64,000 nt of DNA from Dipteris shenzhenensis. Lineage: Eukaryota. The stretch lies in NCBI GenBank assembly GCA_047967505.1, contig CM106538.1; one strand, 5' to 3'. The number at the start of each line of letters is the position of its first letter. Positions within the stretch are counted from its first letter, which is position 1. Under the pieces are notes generated by a model. It was not told where the DNA came from. It did no database searches and worked only from the letters and a program-made list of their open reading frames with translations. A program made the position numbers and the translations under genes. Below are positions 11,819-25,100 of the stretch, one piece after another.

Positions 11819-12820
11819 CTCTGCACTTGCTAGTAGGGAGCTCCTTCGTGATGACGAGAGAGAGCATGTCTAGTAGGACATTGGTGGTTCCCTTTTTCCA
11901 CTCAATAGAGAAGTCATACATCGTGAAGAACTCTTCCCAACATGCGAGGCACCCTCGGCCAACCTACTTATCAATTTTCCTCATGCAAAATGTTTTGAAA
12001 TTTTGATTATGAGTTCTGACAATAAATTCTCAATTCAGAATGAATAGCTCAAGTTTTTGGATTGCAAGCTTAACGCCAAGGATTTCTTTTTCAATGGAAT
12101 GATAATTTAATTCGGCGCCTTGAAAAGTGCCAGAGTGATAAGCACAAAGAACCTCCTGAGTGGGAGTGTGTTCAAGTAAGATTGCTCCCCAGAAATTGTC
12201 GGAGGCATCAATTTCAATCACCAGGGAACTGTGGCCGAAGGAATATACAGAGCAGGCAAATGCTGGACCTTTGCCTTGATATGTTGGACTGCCTCTGGTT
12301 GGGGTGGTCCCCATGGAGGACCATCTTTGCGGCGACACAATTGGATGGAATAGCGATCTTTAGCCAATTGGTCATAGAATGGAGAGATATGGTTGAGGCA
12401 GCCCAAAAATCGTTGAAGTTGTGTGCGGGGTCATATTTCATCGAGAAAGGCTAGGAGTGCCTTGAGCACATGATCTTGCATTTGGATGCAACCTTTGTGG
12501 ATGTGGACACCAAGAAACTCGAGATGGGAATTTACATCTTGGCTATATACAAGGATGTCATCAATATAAACAAGACAGAAAGCATGATGTGGACTGAATA
12601 TGGAGTCCATGAAATTCTAAATTTCAACAAGGGCAGTTTTGAGCCCAAATGGAAGGACATTCCATTGGTAAAAACCTTACGGAACAACAAACCCTATTTT
12701 GTGTTAATCGTCAAGTTGCAGGCCACAGGTTGTAGGTTGACTTGCTAGAATCCAGCTTTGAGGTCGAACTTAGAGAAGATATTCGAGCTGAAAATAGTGC
12801 TCAAGAGTTCAACTTTTGAG
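11819..12820 (-). pseudogene. Endogenous caulimovirid (pararetrovirus) RT-RNase H fragment
   Basis: Minus-strand translation gives IFSKFDLKAGF*QV, QWNVLPFGLK, VYIDDILVYS, QLQRFLGCLNHISPFYDQLAKDR, IEIDASDNFWGAIL, YHSGTFQGAELNYHSIEKEILGV and YDFSIEWKKGTTN. There are several stops and frameshifts. Confidence 0.85.
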
Positions 12821-15053
12821 TGCACATTGTCTCAAATCGACTATGTTATCCATTTTAGCCCACGTGCTAAAGAGTTAGTATTCAACATGAACTCTTGAGC
12901 ACATGGTAATAATCAATTGTGTGGCAAGTACAGCTTTACTTTGGAAGAAGGAAAAAAGGTAGTCAAAAAGTCCAAGGAATGGTACTAAATCACATGAAAC
13001 ATGATAATACTTAACATAGTGCAGTCACTATTAAAAAATTAAAAGCAATGATTCTTGATACTTGCAACAGTCTCAAAATTTTTTAAATTTTAATTTAACA
13101 TCTATATGATTTTTTTTGAATTTTTTCCCTGGAAAAAATGTTTTTATGTGGATTTTATATTTGAGCATGTTTATGCTATTAATGGCCTAGCAGGTTGTTC
13201 ATAGCAAGGTGGTTCTTAGCCTCCTTAGAGCTACATCTTGAAGTATCTTATTGTCAGCACGACCCCCAGGTAAAAAATCATATGCATAGACATCTCCATC
13301 CCGTGACCAACTCCATGGTGTGAATAATTGGATCGGCATTTGTAAGGTTAATGAGGTCATCCATGGTCTTTTTTTTTGAGAGGGATCCATTGCTAGAATC
13401 TCCATAGTGAATGAATGCTTAAAGGGAATAGAGTCCTAGTTTGCATTGTGAAGGTACTTGCATTTGTGTGGACGAACGTTTCTCACCTTTTGTGCTTGAC
13501 TTGCATGTTAACAATGTATTGGATGTCACAAATTACAATTAGCCTTATCCAAATTGATGTGCTTTTTTCCTTTGAGCTTCTTAGGGAAAATATATATCAC
13601 CTCTTTTGCTTTACTTGTTTTACATGCTGACAATGTATTTTATGTAGGGAACTACAATAGCATTATCCAATTTGATGCACTTATGTAAGGAACCTATCTC
13701 ACCTCTTGTGCTGGATTTGTTTGCATGTTGATGATGTATTGGGTATAGTGAATTACAATTAGCCTTATCCAACTTTATGTGCTGCTTTCGTTCTAACATC
13801 CCCATTTTTAATATCCTCATAATTAGCCTTGTACCCATCCACTTCAATATTCTTCACTACCTTTGGATCTATAACTACATCCCTCAAATTTACGGCCAAA
13901 AGATTCACCTTCCTTATCAATACCCCTATTTGATACAACCAAGTTGTTGAAAGGTAGGAAATATTATAATCACCACAGCTACTTATGAAAGAGTAGAGAG
14001 AGGAAGACAAGGACACCATAGGGCACATCTCCGTTTGCATCAAGCTCCGCTAGTTGAGGCCCATTCTTTAATTGCTTTTAGTATTTTATATGCTCCACAT
14101 TCCATGTGGAGTTTTTGGGTCATCAAACCATTTCATTCATTTTCGCATATTATTTTTTACGTTCCTATACAAAATTTGCAAATATTCCACGTGTTTCTAC
14201 CATGCGCTCTTAGTATCTTAATTGGATCCTTAGTTCTTCCCCTTTTCAAACTCATACTTATGACCACTCGGTTTTTACACCACCATTACCATTTCGGAAA
14301 GATTGGAGCATTGTGGTAGGATTTTGAGAGAGGATCGATCTCCTCCATGACATCAAATGTCCGACCACTTTGAGCCTTCGCACTCTCAACTTTGAATATG
14401 TTGCTTGGTCATACGCCTCTTGCCTCTATAAAGAATTGCCTTGATCGAAACGTACTTTCGATTGCTTGATTGTTATCTACAATATGGTGCATCCATACTT
14501 ATAACAATCGGTTGAATTTGGAGTCCATCCCTACTGAATATTAGACCCACTTGGAAGACAGAAGACTAACGAACTTATTCACACACTACAAGGATGGACT
14601 CCAATCGGGTCGGAGAGATATGATGTTGCGTCATGTGTATTATGCATTTATTTTGCGTCATCAACAATAATCACATATGCAAAGGGAGAAGAGTTGAGAT
14701 GGGAAGTAAGCCAGCTAAGTCCCACTTTTTGTTTGAGAGGCTTCATGGGCATGGCGTAGCCGTTCGCATCGCAATTCTTTTAGTCCATTAACATTATTAT
14801 TTTAGCTGTTGAATACTGTTGAAACTATAACAATTATTACTCGTGTGTTGTGGGATAGTTTTAGATGAGTTTAAATGTACACAAAAAGACACACCACGCC
14901 TCTTCCTTCTGTGATGATGAGAGTTTCGACAAAGTGTGAAGGAAATAAAATCAAGGCACTTCATATTTGATTGTCTAGTCAACAATGAGATTAACGATGC
15001 TTCTGATGTCTCTTTCAGACTACATCTCTAATTGCTTGGGTACAGCATGAGCT

Positions 15054-15141
15054 CTAGGATACTTCTACTTCCTCTTTCAAGATTCCACAGGGATCAGAAA
15101 CGCTAGCTCTTCCGATGTGACTATTGTTCACCATGGTTGCC
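15054..15141 (-). CDS. Terminal coding exon of an unidentified host gene
   Basis: AACAG|G acceptor. Its 88 nt continue the phase-2 frame of the upstream exon (ATMVNNSHIGRASVSDPCGILKEEVEVS) to TAG. Confidence 0.65.
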
Positions 15142-15521
15142 CTGTTCGTTGATAATGCTTACATAGTTAATTTCCAGTAAACAACACAGTTTTACAAAGT
15201 ATGTATGGGAAGGCCTTCAACGGCAAGGTTGTTTTATTGGGGCTCCTCGGTAGAAATGATGAATAAATGTAGGGTGTGAAGATTGTGGAAACCTCTTGTT
15301 CTCTCATACCGCCTTAAAATGATGGTTTTTCTGTTATGATGCGAAGATACTGATTGCCGTGTATATAATGATGACAAAGACAATAGCATACGTCTACATG
15401 GAAGGAATGAAAGGTTGAATTGCTTCCAAAAGCTGGGAATACATTAAACTGTTTTTTTTCAAAGCAGTAAATTAGTGAAAGTTATCTGACAATACCAAAC
15501 TGAAAAAAAAATGCTACTTAC

Positions 15522-15796
15522 GTAGACCCTTCTAAAACTGTGTCAGGCTCCACCGCCTGCCCAATGGGGATCTGTGTCCGACTCCCAAATCTCCTGCTAG
15601 ACCTAGACCTGGATCTGGTAACAGGAGCAAACTCTTCATGAGGATGCGGTGCTGCAGCTGGTATAAGATCTGATTGGGTTGACAAGCAGAGTGTGCCAGT
15701 CTCATCCTGTTGCCACTGTAATTTGATCATCAACCCATACGGATGTTCTTCTGTCTGGGAATGGGGAACAGCTACAAAATCAGCTCCGATTGGAAC
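15522..15796 (-). CDS. Penultimate coding exon of an unidentified host gene
   Basis: TTCATGCAG|G acceptor and AC|GTAAGT donor. 275 nt are open (VPIGADFVAVPHSQTEEHPYGLMIKLQWQ...) with no TE motifs, within AT-rich intron-like flanks. Confidence 0.7.
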
Positions 15797-16098
15797 CTGC
15801 ATGAAATGTTGAGTGAGTCTTAAAGACATCTTGTCAGAATATTTCAGCTTTAATGTAATTTTACTACTGTAATAGGTGAGTGGGTGGGTGTGCGTGTGTG
15901 CATGCAAGCTTGCTCGTGAATGCATGCATGTGTGGATCAGCCACAAATTTAGATCCTACTGGAATGCGTGTGTGCACGTTCGCACATGCATGAGAGAAAG
16001 GAGATATGAGATATGAGTTTTTTTTACTTCGTAGCAACAATGCTAAGGAGCCGAATAGACTCGTCCGAAGCACGGGAATCGAACACACACACCATGAC

Positions 16099-16133
<35 letters not shown>

Positions 16134-16476
16134 TAGATAGTCTTTTAACGTCGTAGGAACAATCCCAAGGAGCTAGTTTGACTCATCTGACGTCGACCGC
16201 GAGGATCGAACACACACACCCAACGACAAGAGCCAGAGCCTCAACCACCAAGACCCACGCGGGTTTTACTAAACTTGATGGGGAAGGATGGCTTATACAC
16301 CGGGATGAGAGAGAGAGAGAGAGAGAGAGTACACTAAATTAGCCCTGCTTGGATCCTTGATCTAAATGCGAGCTCGTGCATTTGGAGGACATGTTATCAT
16401 CTCATATATGATGGGCTTCGGGAAATCCATCTATTGCATTTCAAGGAGTGTTTCATTTTGCAATGGACATCAGATG

Positions 16477-17160
16477 CTAGGTTTGTTGTAGCAGCTCATA
16501 TATAATTACTTTTTATCTTAAGCCTGGTATATTTTTGCCGATGATGGTGCCATCAAAGCTCATCTTCAGCTGTCCTTCATCTCTTACTTCTCGAAGCCAC
16601 CCCCTTCTATTCTTTCCTCCACTCAAGGTACATTGCAAGCATGCTACTTTCCTCTACAGACATCTGATTATGCTACGACTGCCTTGAGGAGAGGGAATAT
16701 ATCATTATTCCTAGTACTTTATGAGGACATCCAAAGATACAGGCAGTACAGCGAGGTCCTACTCACAGAAACTTCAATGCTAGGACCAAGGACACACAAC
16801 AGAGATTTTGGACTTCTAGGGTGTTGTAGCGGCTCATATACAATTACTTTTTATCTTAAGCCTGGTAGATTTTTGCCAATGGTGGTGCCATCAAAGCTCA
16901 TCTTCAGCTGTCCTTCATCTCTTACTTCTCGAAGCCACCCCCTTCTATTCTTTCCTCCACTCATGGTACATCGCAAGCATGCTACTTTCCTCTACAGACA
17001 TATGATTATACTAGGACTGCCTTGAGGAGAGGGAAGATATCAATATTCCTAGTACTTTATGAGGACATCAAAAGATACAGGCAGTACAGCGAGGTCCTAC
17101 GCACTGAAACTTCAATGCTAGGACCAAGGACACACAACAGAGATTTTGGACTTCTAGGGT
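16477..17160 (+). repeat. Tandem duplication (~339 bp x2) of a decayed LINE endonuclease segment
   Basis: Units start at 16477 and 16816 and encode ACYFP...LYEDI...NFNART-like APE motifs. Confidence 0.8.
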
Positions 17161-18336
17161 GATGCCTGAGCACTTCACCTCAGCAAGTTCAGCTGCAATT
17201 CAGAATACCTTCCATCACATAGTATGGGAGATAGTTGCTAGTAGACATTTGCACCAGTAGTGAGGTACTCGGATTTCAAAGATGGCTAGGGTCAGACAAT
17301 ACACATGCTGCCCACATGAAAGTGGCCATACCATAGTGGACTACGTCATGGGTGTCAGAATTTGAAGTGCTGAAGTACGCACTGTGCACAGCGGTGGATA
17401 ACAAAGACATAGGAGGAGGTGGAGACAGAGGAGCACTTCTTATGTTCTTTCCCAGTCTACTTCTAAAGAGCATGTGATTATCTTGGCAGGGTACTTTAAT
17501 GCGAGAATGGGCTCAATGCAAGGCATCATTACAATGGAGGGAAGCGACCCCTTATGGATGGAAGAAATAGAAGAGAATGAAGAAAGAAAGGACTGGAAAA
17601 GAACATCAAGGGATGCCAGGGAAATCACCCAAATGGGGAGGCATCCTCACCCTATGTGGATGCTTTGGATTACAAGTTTGCAATAACTCTACATATTTCA
17701 ATGAAACGGAAGGACACACCTGCGAAATCCCTCAAGGATCACGTGTAATTGACAGCCCGCATGCAAGGCACATACTCAGTACCTCAAGATTAAAGGGGAG
17801 ACTCTCCGACCGTAGAGCAATGTCTCTAGGCATCATAGGAACAAAAGATGCTGTAAAAAAATAGAGAATTACTGTATAATCAAGGCTGAGAATGGATTAC
17901 AAAAACACATATATTTATGAGAGGGAAATAGAGACAGCACTAGCACAAGGTCAAATGCCATCTACTTGCCATGAAAAATGAACAAATACATAACTGGATT
18001 TGTTGCAGATAACAGCCCAAAAATGCTTTGATAGACGCAAGGGAAGAAGCATTGGAATGCCATGCAATCACTGGTACGACCAGGAAAGTAAAGATGCAAA
18101 TAGGGCCTGGAAAACAGCAGAGACAGCCTAGAACGAGGGCAAAGCTCAAGCTTAGAAACAAAAAGAGATTATTTCTTAAAAGCAAGCCACTTGAAAGTTT
18201 TGAGGAGCTAAAACAAAGCCCTAGGAAGTTTTTCAAAATTTTTATGGCAATAAACCTCAGGAGAGGAAAGCAACATGGGAAGACATGATACAGTTCTTCA
18301 AAGACCTCTAGAAAAGGGAGGGGGAAGAGAAAGTAG

Positions 18337-21300
18337 TGTGAGAGAATGGAGAGTGAGAGAGAGCAAGAGAGTGAGAGCTGGAGAGCTGAAAGCTTGGAAG
18401 TTGAGTTGCAATAGAAGAGTGTAAAGAGTATAATTGAAAGTGTGAGAGATAAGGTTTTGTCCTAGTGACAAAACCTTAGTAGTCACTAACCATAGTTAGT
18501 GAACTAACTGCGGTTAGGGGGAAAAACCTCTTAAAGAGGGAAAAGTGCCCCTAACTAGCTTATTAAATTACATTGGTCACTGTTGAATTATATCTATAAT
18601 TCTAACACCCCCCTGCAGTGCCAATGTCATGTACAAGGCTGATCAATCACCAAAAGGATATAAGTTCAGGGCACTGCGAAATGCCTCAAACTTTTCATGT
18701 GGTAGTGCTTTGGTGCAAATATCTGCAACATTGTCATGTGTCGACACAAAGATCATACTGATCTCTCCTGCATGCAACTTCTCTCTGACGTAGTGATAGT
18801 GAATCTCAATGTGCTTCGTGCGAGCATGAAACACTGGATTCTTTGCCACTGCAATGGCACTCTGACTATCAGTGCGAATTGGAGAACGACCCTCCAAAGA
18901 CAGATGAAGATCAGCAATAGACGTCGCAGCCATACACATTCAACTGTTGCTGTGAAAGCTGCCCTGTACTCAGCTTCACATGATGAGGTAGCCACTGTAG
19001 ATTGTTTCTTGCTCAGCCAGGAAATGCAAGATTTACCCAAAAAGAAACAATTGTCACTAGTGGACTGCCTAGTGTCATAATCACCAGCCCAATCTGAATC
19101 ACTATAGGCATGCATCTGCAAGTCACCCCCCCTGGGAAATAGCAAGCCAAAAGACTTCGTGCCCTGCAAATAACGGAAGATGCGCTTAACTGCCTGCCAA
19201 TGCATAGTTTTTGGGCTGTGCATGTACATGCTCACCTGAGATACTACAAACTGAATATCAGGTCTAGTGTTGCAGAGATATATGAGGCATCCAACAGCCT
19301 GACTGTAAAGTGTGGCATCAACTAATTCTCCTGCATCATGCATTGTGAGTTTCAGCCCCGGCTCCATGGGAGTGGCTATGGGCTTACAATCATGCATGTT
19401 AAATCTGTCCAAGAGTTTTTGCACATACTTGGACTGAGACATAACAGTGCCACGTCTCTCATGAGAGAACTGGATCCCCAAATAAAAGTGAAGCAGCCCC
19501 AATGTCAAAGTTGGTCTGCAAATCAGCTTTGAAATCTGCAATTTTGTCTTCATTGGACCCTGTGAGCAGTAAGTCATCGACATAAAGAAGGATGACTAAA
19601 ATTTCCCCCCCATCTATCTTGATGTAGAGGGTGCTCTCAGTAGGACTATTGTGCAGCCTTGCTGGTCAAACATCCCAAGTCTGATTTTTTTCAATGGACT
19701 GCAACTCATCGTGCATGGCATTCATCCAATGCACATTGTCCTTTGCCTCTTCGAATGTGGCAGGCTCCTTCTCATCAAGAAGAGTACCTGCATATGCTGA
19801 TTCTACTGAATTAGCACCTTCCATGTGCCTTGCTGCACTGCGAGTTCTGCCAGGTAACAGAGCATCAATTTTACTCTCCCTGAGAGTCTGTAACAGCCAG
19901 TTTGGGACTGTTTTTGTTGCATGTATGTTTGCAATTTCTTGCTGCACCACTTGTTCCACTGCCTATGGAGGGGGCAAGACATCCTGTGGCGGAACTAAAG
20001 CATCTGGAGGTGGCTGTAAATTCTGATTTGCATCAGAAATATCAGCAGGGGAACCCAAGGCAATGGGTAGAAACCCCTCAAAGACATCCTCTGAAGAAGA
20101 AGGCATTTGAAATTCAGCCTGAGTGAGCTGAATTTTCAGCAAATATCACATCTCTACTGACTATGATCTTGCGTGTAGCAGGATTGTAGAGACGGTACCC
20201 CTTGCTTTCTGCACTGTACCCAACAAATATGCACTTAATGGCTTTATCTGACAACTTGTGCCTAAATTCAACTGGCACATGAGCATAAGCAAGGCATCCA
20301 AAGACTCGGAAGTGATCCACTGAAGGCTTTCTCCCATTCCAGACCTCATAAGGAGTTTTTGTTTTTAAAGCCTTAGTGGGAGCCCGATTCAAAATGTAAT
20401 TGGCACACATCAAGCCCTCAAGTCAGAATTTGTGAGGCATGTGTTTGCTTTTCAGCATACATCTGTCCATCTCCATGAGAGTTCTATTTTTCCTCTCAGC
20501 TTTGCCATTTTGCTGAGGGGTCAGCTTGACTGTGAGCTGATGCACAATACCCTTGCCTTTCAGAAAAGCATCAAATTCTGCAAACAAGTATTCCCCACCT
20601 CTATCTGTGTGCAATGTCTGTATCTTGAGTCCGGTTTCATTTTCAACCATGGCTGAAAAGTGTTTAAACGCCGTGAACACTTCTGATTTGCGTTTCGGCC
20701 CAAAAACCCAAGTGAAATTGGAGTAATCATCAATAAATGTAACGAAGTAGAGATGACCACCCAACGATGGAGTCCTCATGGGACCACAGACATCACTGTG
20801 TATAAGCTGTAATTTGCGGACAGCTTTAACTGAACCATCCTTCTTGAAGGGAAATCTATGCATCTTGCCTAAAATGCACCCTTCACAGGCATGTGGAGGA
20901 GGTATCTCAAGAGGTGGCAATGCATCAACCATGGAATGCTTCTGAAGTGTCATCAAGTTGTTGTAATGCATGTGGCCATATCGGGCATGCCATAATTCTG
21001 CATTCTGCATGGCGGCTGTAGGGGTAGAAACTGCAAGAGCATGGGCTGCTCTTTTCTCAAAAAGATCAAGCTGAAAAAGCCCACGCAGCAGAGTACCAGA
21101 TAATCTTAAGGCATAATCATCTTTCCTGTCTCGGACAGCACATTTGTCATCCTCAAAGATGACCTGAAATCCAGCTCTGTTAAGTGTGGACACTGAAAGA
21201 AGATTTTTTGGTTATACGAGGCACATATAAGACATCTGAAAGTCTGAAAATTGAGCCATCAATGGCAGTGAGCTCAACATCTCTTGTGCCACGTACTGAA

Positions 21301-23904
21301 TATGATGAGTTATTGGCACAAGTGACTTTCTTACCAACGGGAGGTGGATGCAAGGAAGTAAAAAGACACTTCCTAGAAGTGATGTGTTTGGATGCACCGC
21401 TGTCAAAATACCAAGTGTTCAGTGTTTCATTGACATTGAAAGCAGATGCATACGTAGAAGAGTCATAACTGCAAGTCAAAAATGCATAAGTATCATCATT
21501 ACAAGTGGCTGTACTATCCCGAGCATCTGGAACAGCCAGCCTTGAATCTGAAATGCAAGATAAAAAGGCATAATCCTATCCAACAAAGTTGGCTGCAGCA
21601 TCCCCACTGTCAGATGCATGAGGAGCTGAATCTGAAACAGCCATACCGGAGCTGTTTTTCTTCTCTTTTGCAATCTTTTTCTTGCATTCTGCAATGTGAT
21701 GACCTGGCTTTTTGCAGTAGTGACAAAAACCCTTCTTCTTGGGCTTACTTGCATCATTTTTGGCCTTTTGTGAAGGCTGTCCTGACCCACTGGAAGGCTG
21801 ATTTACTGATGTCTTTGCCTGTCCCTTTGTTTTTGATTTAAACTTTGAGAGCATGGCTTGTTCACCTGCACGTGAAGCCAAGTTTTTCCTGGTCTGCTCT
21901 TCCTGAAGCAGAAGTCCTATCAACTCATGAAAAGTGAGAGGATTTGCACCCCCCCTCAATGATAAGTTCAGCGAGGTATGAAAGTTGAGATAAGACTCAG
22001 GAAGAGAATTCAGAGTGGTTGTAATCATCTCTGAATTAGGAATAATTTCATCTATGTTTAACAATTGCTCTCTGAGATCCTGTAGCTTTGTGAGGTGGAC
22101 TGACATGGAGTCTCCCTCTTCCATATGTGTATTACTTAACTCTCTTTTCAAGAAAGATACCCTTGCATCATTCTGGGCTGCATACATGCTTTCTAAAATA
22201 TCCCATGCTGCCTTGGAGCTCTTACACGACCAGATATGCGAAATGATAAATCTTTTCACTGAAAGAGAGATGCATGACAAAGCTAAGGCATCTCTTGAAT
22301 CCCATCTCTTCTGATCTAGAGTAGTGGCCATAGCTGCACCAACAACTTGTTCTGCAGCTGCCCCCTGTGCACGACCTCTTCCACCTCCTTGCTGAGGAGG
22401 GGTATTAGGTGCCATACCTGTTGGTCGGATCTCACCCCCATTCACATAATCCCATAAATTGCGAGAAATCAGAATATTGCGTACCATAAAACTCCAGAGG
22501 GAGTAGTTGGTACCATCCAACTTGTCTTCCTGTGAAAGACCACCGAACTGGAAGTCATTCTGATTTTGCTGGGCCATATCTGAGAAAGAGATTTAAGCAG
22601 ATACAAAACTGAATTCCCTTACTGGGAACGAAATGCACAGCTCCCAAAAAACACAGCCAAGCACCGGCTGTAAATGCAACTCAGATTTCTGTACTTGCAC
22701 TGTCAGAAATCTGTCCAAGCATCAAAAACTCTCTAGAATTTGCCAAAAGTGCTGCAAAACACTTCAAGAAAGGCAGTATGAACTGAAAACTCTAGAAATT
22801 GCTCTCCCAACACAAAAGCCCCAAAATAGGCCTGAAATTGCAACCTGAAAGGGGCAAATTGATCAAAAGCCCCAAATGTTGCAAGAATTGCGCTCTGTCT
22901 GCAAAAGCCCCCAATTTCACTGTGAGATTGTAGTGTAATTACAAAATCCCCAAATTTCTTCAAGAAATTGTACTGCAAAACTGAAAGCCCCAAATTTCGA
23001 GCTTGAAATTGCAACCAGAAAGGGGCAGAAGTACAAAAAGCCCCAAATTTTGCAATTTCAGCAGAAAGCCCCAAATTTCAGACCAAATCTGCAATGTTTG
23101 CTCCAAGTGTAGCTCCGAAACTACAAAATGATTGCAATGTCTACAACAAACAAAATGCCCCAAATGTACTCCCAAAAAACTGAGCCAAACAATGGATGTC
23201 TGCAAAATGTGCCTGCCAAAGATCACCTGCGAGTTTCTTCTGTACGGAATCAAAGATTGTACGGAGGATTACCTGCTGTACGAAAGCAGGACCAGTACGG
23301 AAGTACTGTACGGAAGTACGGAGAAGGTACGTGCTGGTATGGGCGGTGACAGCAAACTGTAGGGCTGGTGGCAGCGAGCTGTACGTACAGGTACGAAACT
23401 GTACGGCGAACCGTACAGTCTGACGACGGACTGTACGGCACTTGTACAGACGCGATGTATGACGCCCTGTGTGTTGCAGATCTGTACGGCGGGTACGGTA
23501 CGGCAGGGTACGGACGTGCGGAGACGAAGTACGGATGTCGTACAGTCGTACGGACTGTACGGGCGAGGTGTAGCAGCAGGGTCGTGGGTTGTAGGCTGGA
23601 GCTGAACGGGGAAGAAGCAGGGAGTTGGATCAAATGCTCTGATACCAAATGTGAGAGAATGGAGAGTGAGAGAGAGCAAGAGAGTGAGAGCTGGAGAGCT
23701 GAAAGCTTGGAAGTTGAGTTGCAATAGAAGAGTGTAAAGAGTACAACTGAAAGTGTGAGAGATAAGGTTTTATCCTAGTGACAAAACCTTAGTAGTCACT
23801 AACCATAGTTAGTGAACTAACTGCGGTTAGGGGGAAAAAAAGTGCCCCTAACTAGCTTATTAAATTACATTGGTCACTGCTGAATTATATCTATAATTCT
23901 AACA
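18337..23904 (-). mobile_element. Copia element with paired LTRs (18337-18607, 23650-23904), TSD AGTAG; RT N-half deleted
   Basis: Near-identical TG..CA LTRs, PBS 23636-23647, PPT after 18607. Contains gag, WYFDSGAS protease, integrase and RNase H. QTWDV jumps directly to SPTESTLY at ~19665. Confidence 0.97.
21576..22577 (-). pseudogene. gag: Copia gag (UBN2-type with CCHC knuckle)
   Basis: 333-aa ORF with KLDGTNY and CHYCKKPGHHIAEC. The downstream pol is disrupted. Confidence 0.85.
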
Positions 23905-24278
23905 AGTAGATCATGACTTTTCGATCAAAGCAACAAACAACATCCTAAGAGAAGCAAACGTGTGAAAAGGGCTGAAAAAACTAGCAAATGGGACGGCTCC
24001 AGACACACAAGGGCTAATAGTGGAGATGCTCACATGCGGGGGGGAGAAGACAAAGAATATATGCTCACATGCTTATGAATATGGGGTTTTCCCCAGAATG
24101 GCAGTTCAGCAGGATTGTACCGATCCACAAAGGATGAGACAGCAAGATGGCTAAAAACTACCACACAAGCATGATGAGCAGCCAAGCTGATGGCACTATT
24201 CTTGAGCAAAAATTAGCTGATGGGCAGAGACACAGGGTCAAGGCACCATCCTAGGTAGGGTTCCACCCAAAACAGCAG

Positions 24279-25090
24279 TTGACCATTTAGTCACTACATC
24301 AAAAGGAGCCAAGCATAAAAAAGAGGCTGTATTTTGTTGCTTTTTAGATTTCAAGAAAGCCTTTGATATGGTTCCACGCAAGAAACTATGGGAAAGACTG
24401 GAAAGGCTTCACAAACTTAAAGATGCTACATACCGTCTATATGAGAAAGTATTAGCTGAGCTAGCACAACCACTTGTGGATGGATCATGCTCCAAAGGAA
24501 AAGTGGTTGTCCCCTCTCGCCAACTCTTCTTGTTCTTTTTATCAATGATCTAGAAGATTGGATGAGAATACACAGTAGAGCTGTCCAAATTTCAGGGTAT
24601 GCTCTACCATTGCTTATTTACATAGATGATGTGGTCTTCTTTGCAAAGAGCAGGCATAGAATGCAAGCACATTTGGATGCACTAGGAGACTTCTGCAGAC
24701 ACTCAGGAATACATGTCTTGACCATTTAGTGACTACATCAAAAGGAGCCAAGCATGAGAAAGAGGCTGTATTTTGTTGCTTTTTAGATTTCAAGAAAGCC
24801 TTTGACATGGTTCCATGCAAGAAACAATGGGAAAGCTTGGAAAAGCTTCACAAACTTAAAGAGGCCACATACCATCTATATGAGAAAGTATTAGCTGAGC
24901 TAGCACCACTTGTGGATGGATCATGCTCCATCATGCTCCAAAGGGAAAGTGGCTGTCTCCTCTCGCCAACTCTTCTTGTTCTTTTTATCGATGATCTGGA
25001 AGGTTGGATGAGACTACATCTAAGAGAAGGTGTCCAAATTGCAGGGTATGCTCTATTATTGCTTATTAAAATAGATGATGTGGTCTCTTT
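24279..25090 (+). repeat. Tandem duplication (~439-bp unit) of a LINE RT segment
   Basis: TTGACCATTTAGT(C/G)ACTACATCAAAAGGAGCC at 24279 and 24718. Confidence 0.9.
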
Positions 25091-25100
25091 GATATCCCAA

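Larger units (their letters stand above)
17474..25090 (+). mobile_element. Decayed LINE ORF2 remnant interrupted by a Copia element
   Basis: IILAGYFNARMG (endonuclease) before the Copia. CCFLDFKKAFDMVP, GCPLSPTL and IYIDDVV (RT) after it. Confidence 0.75.
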
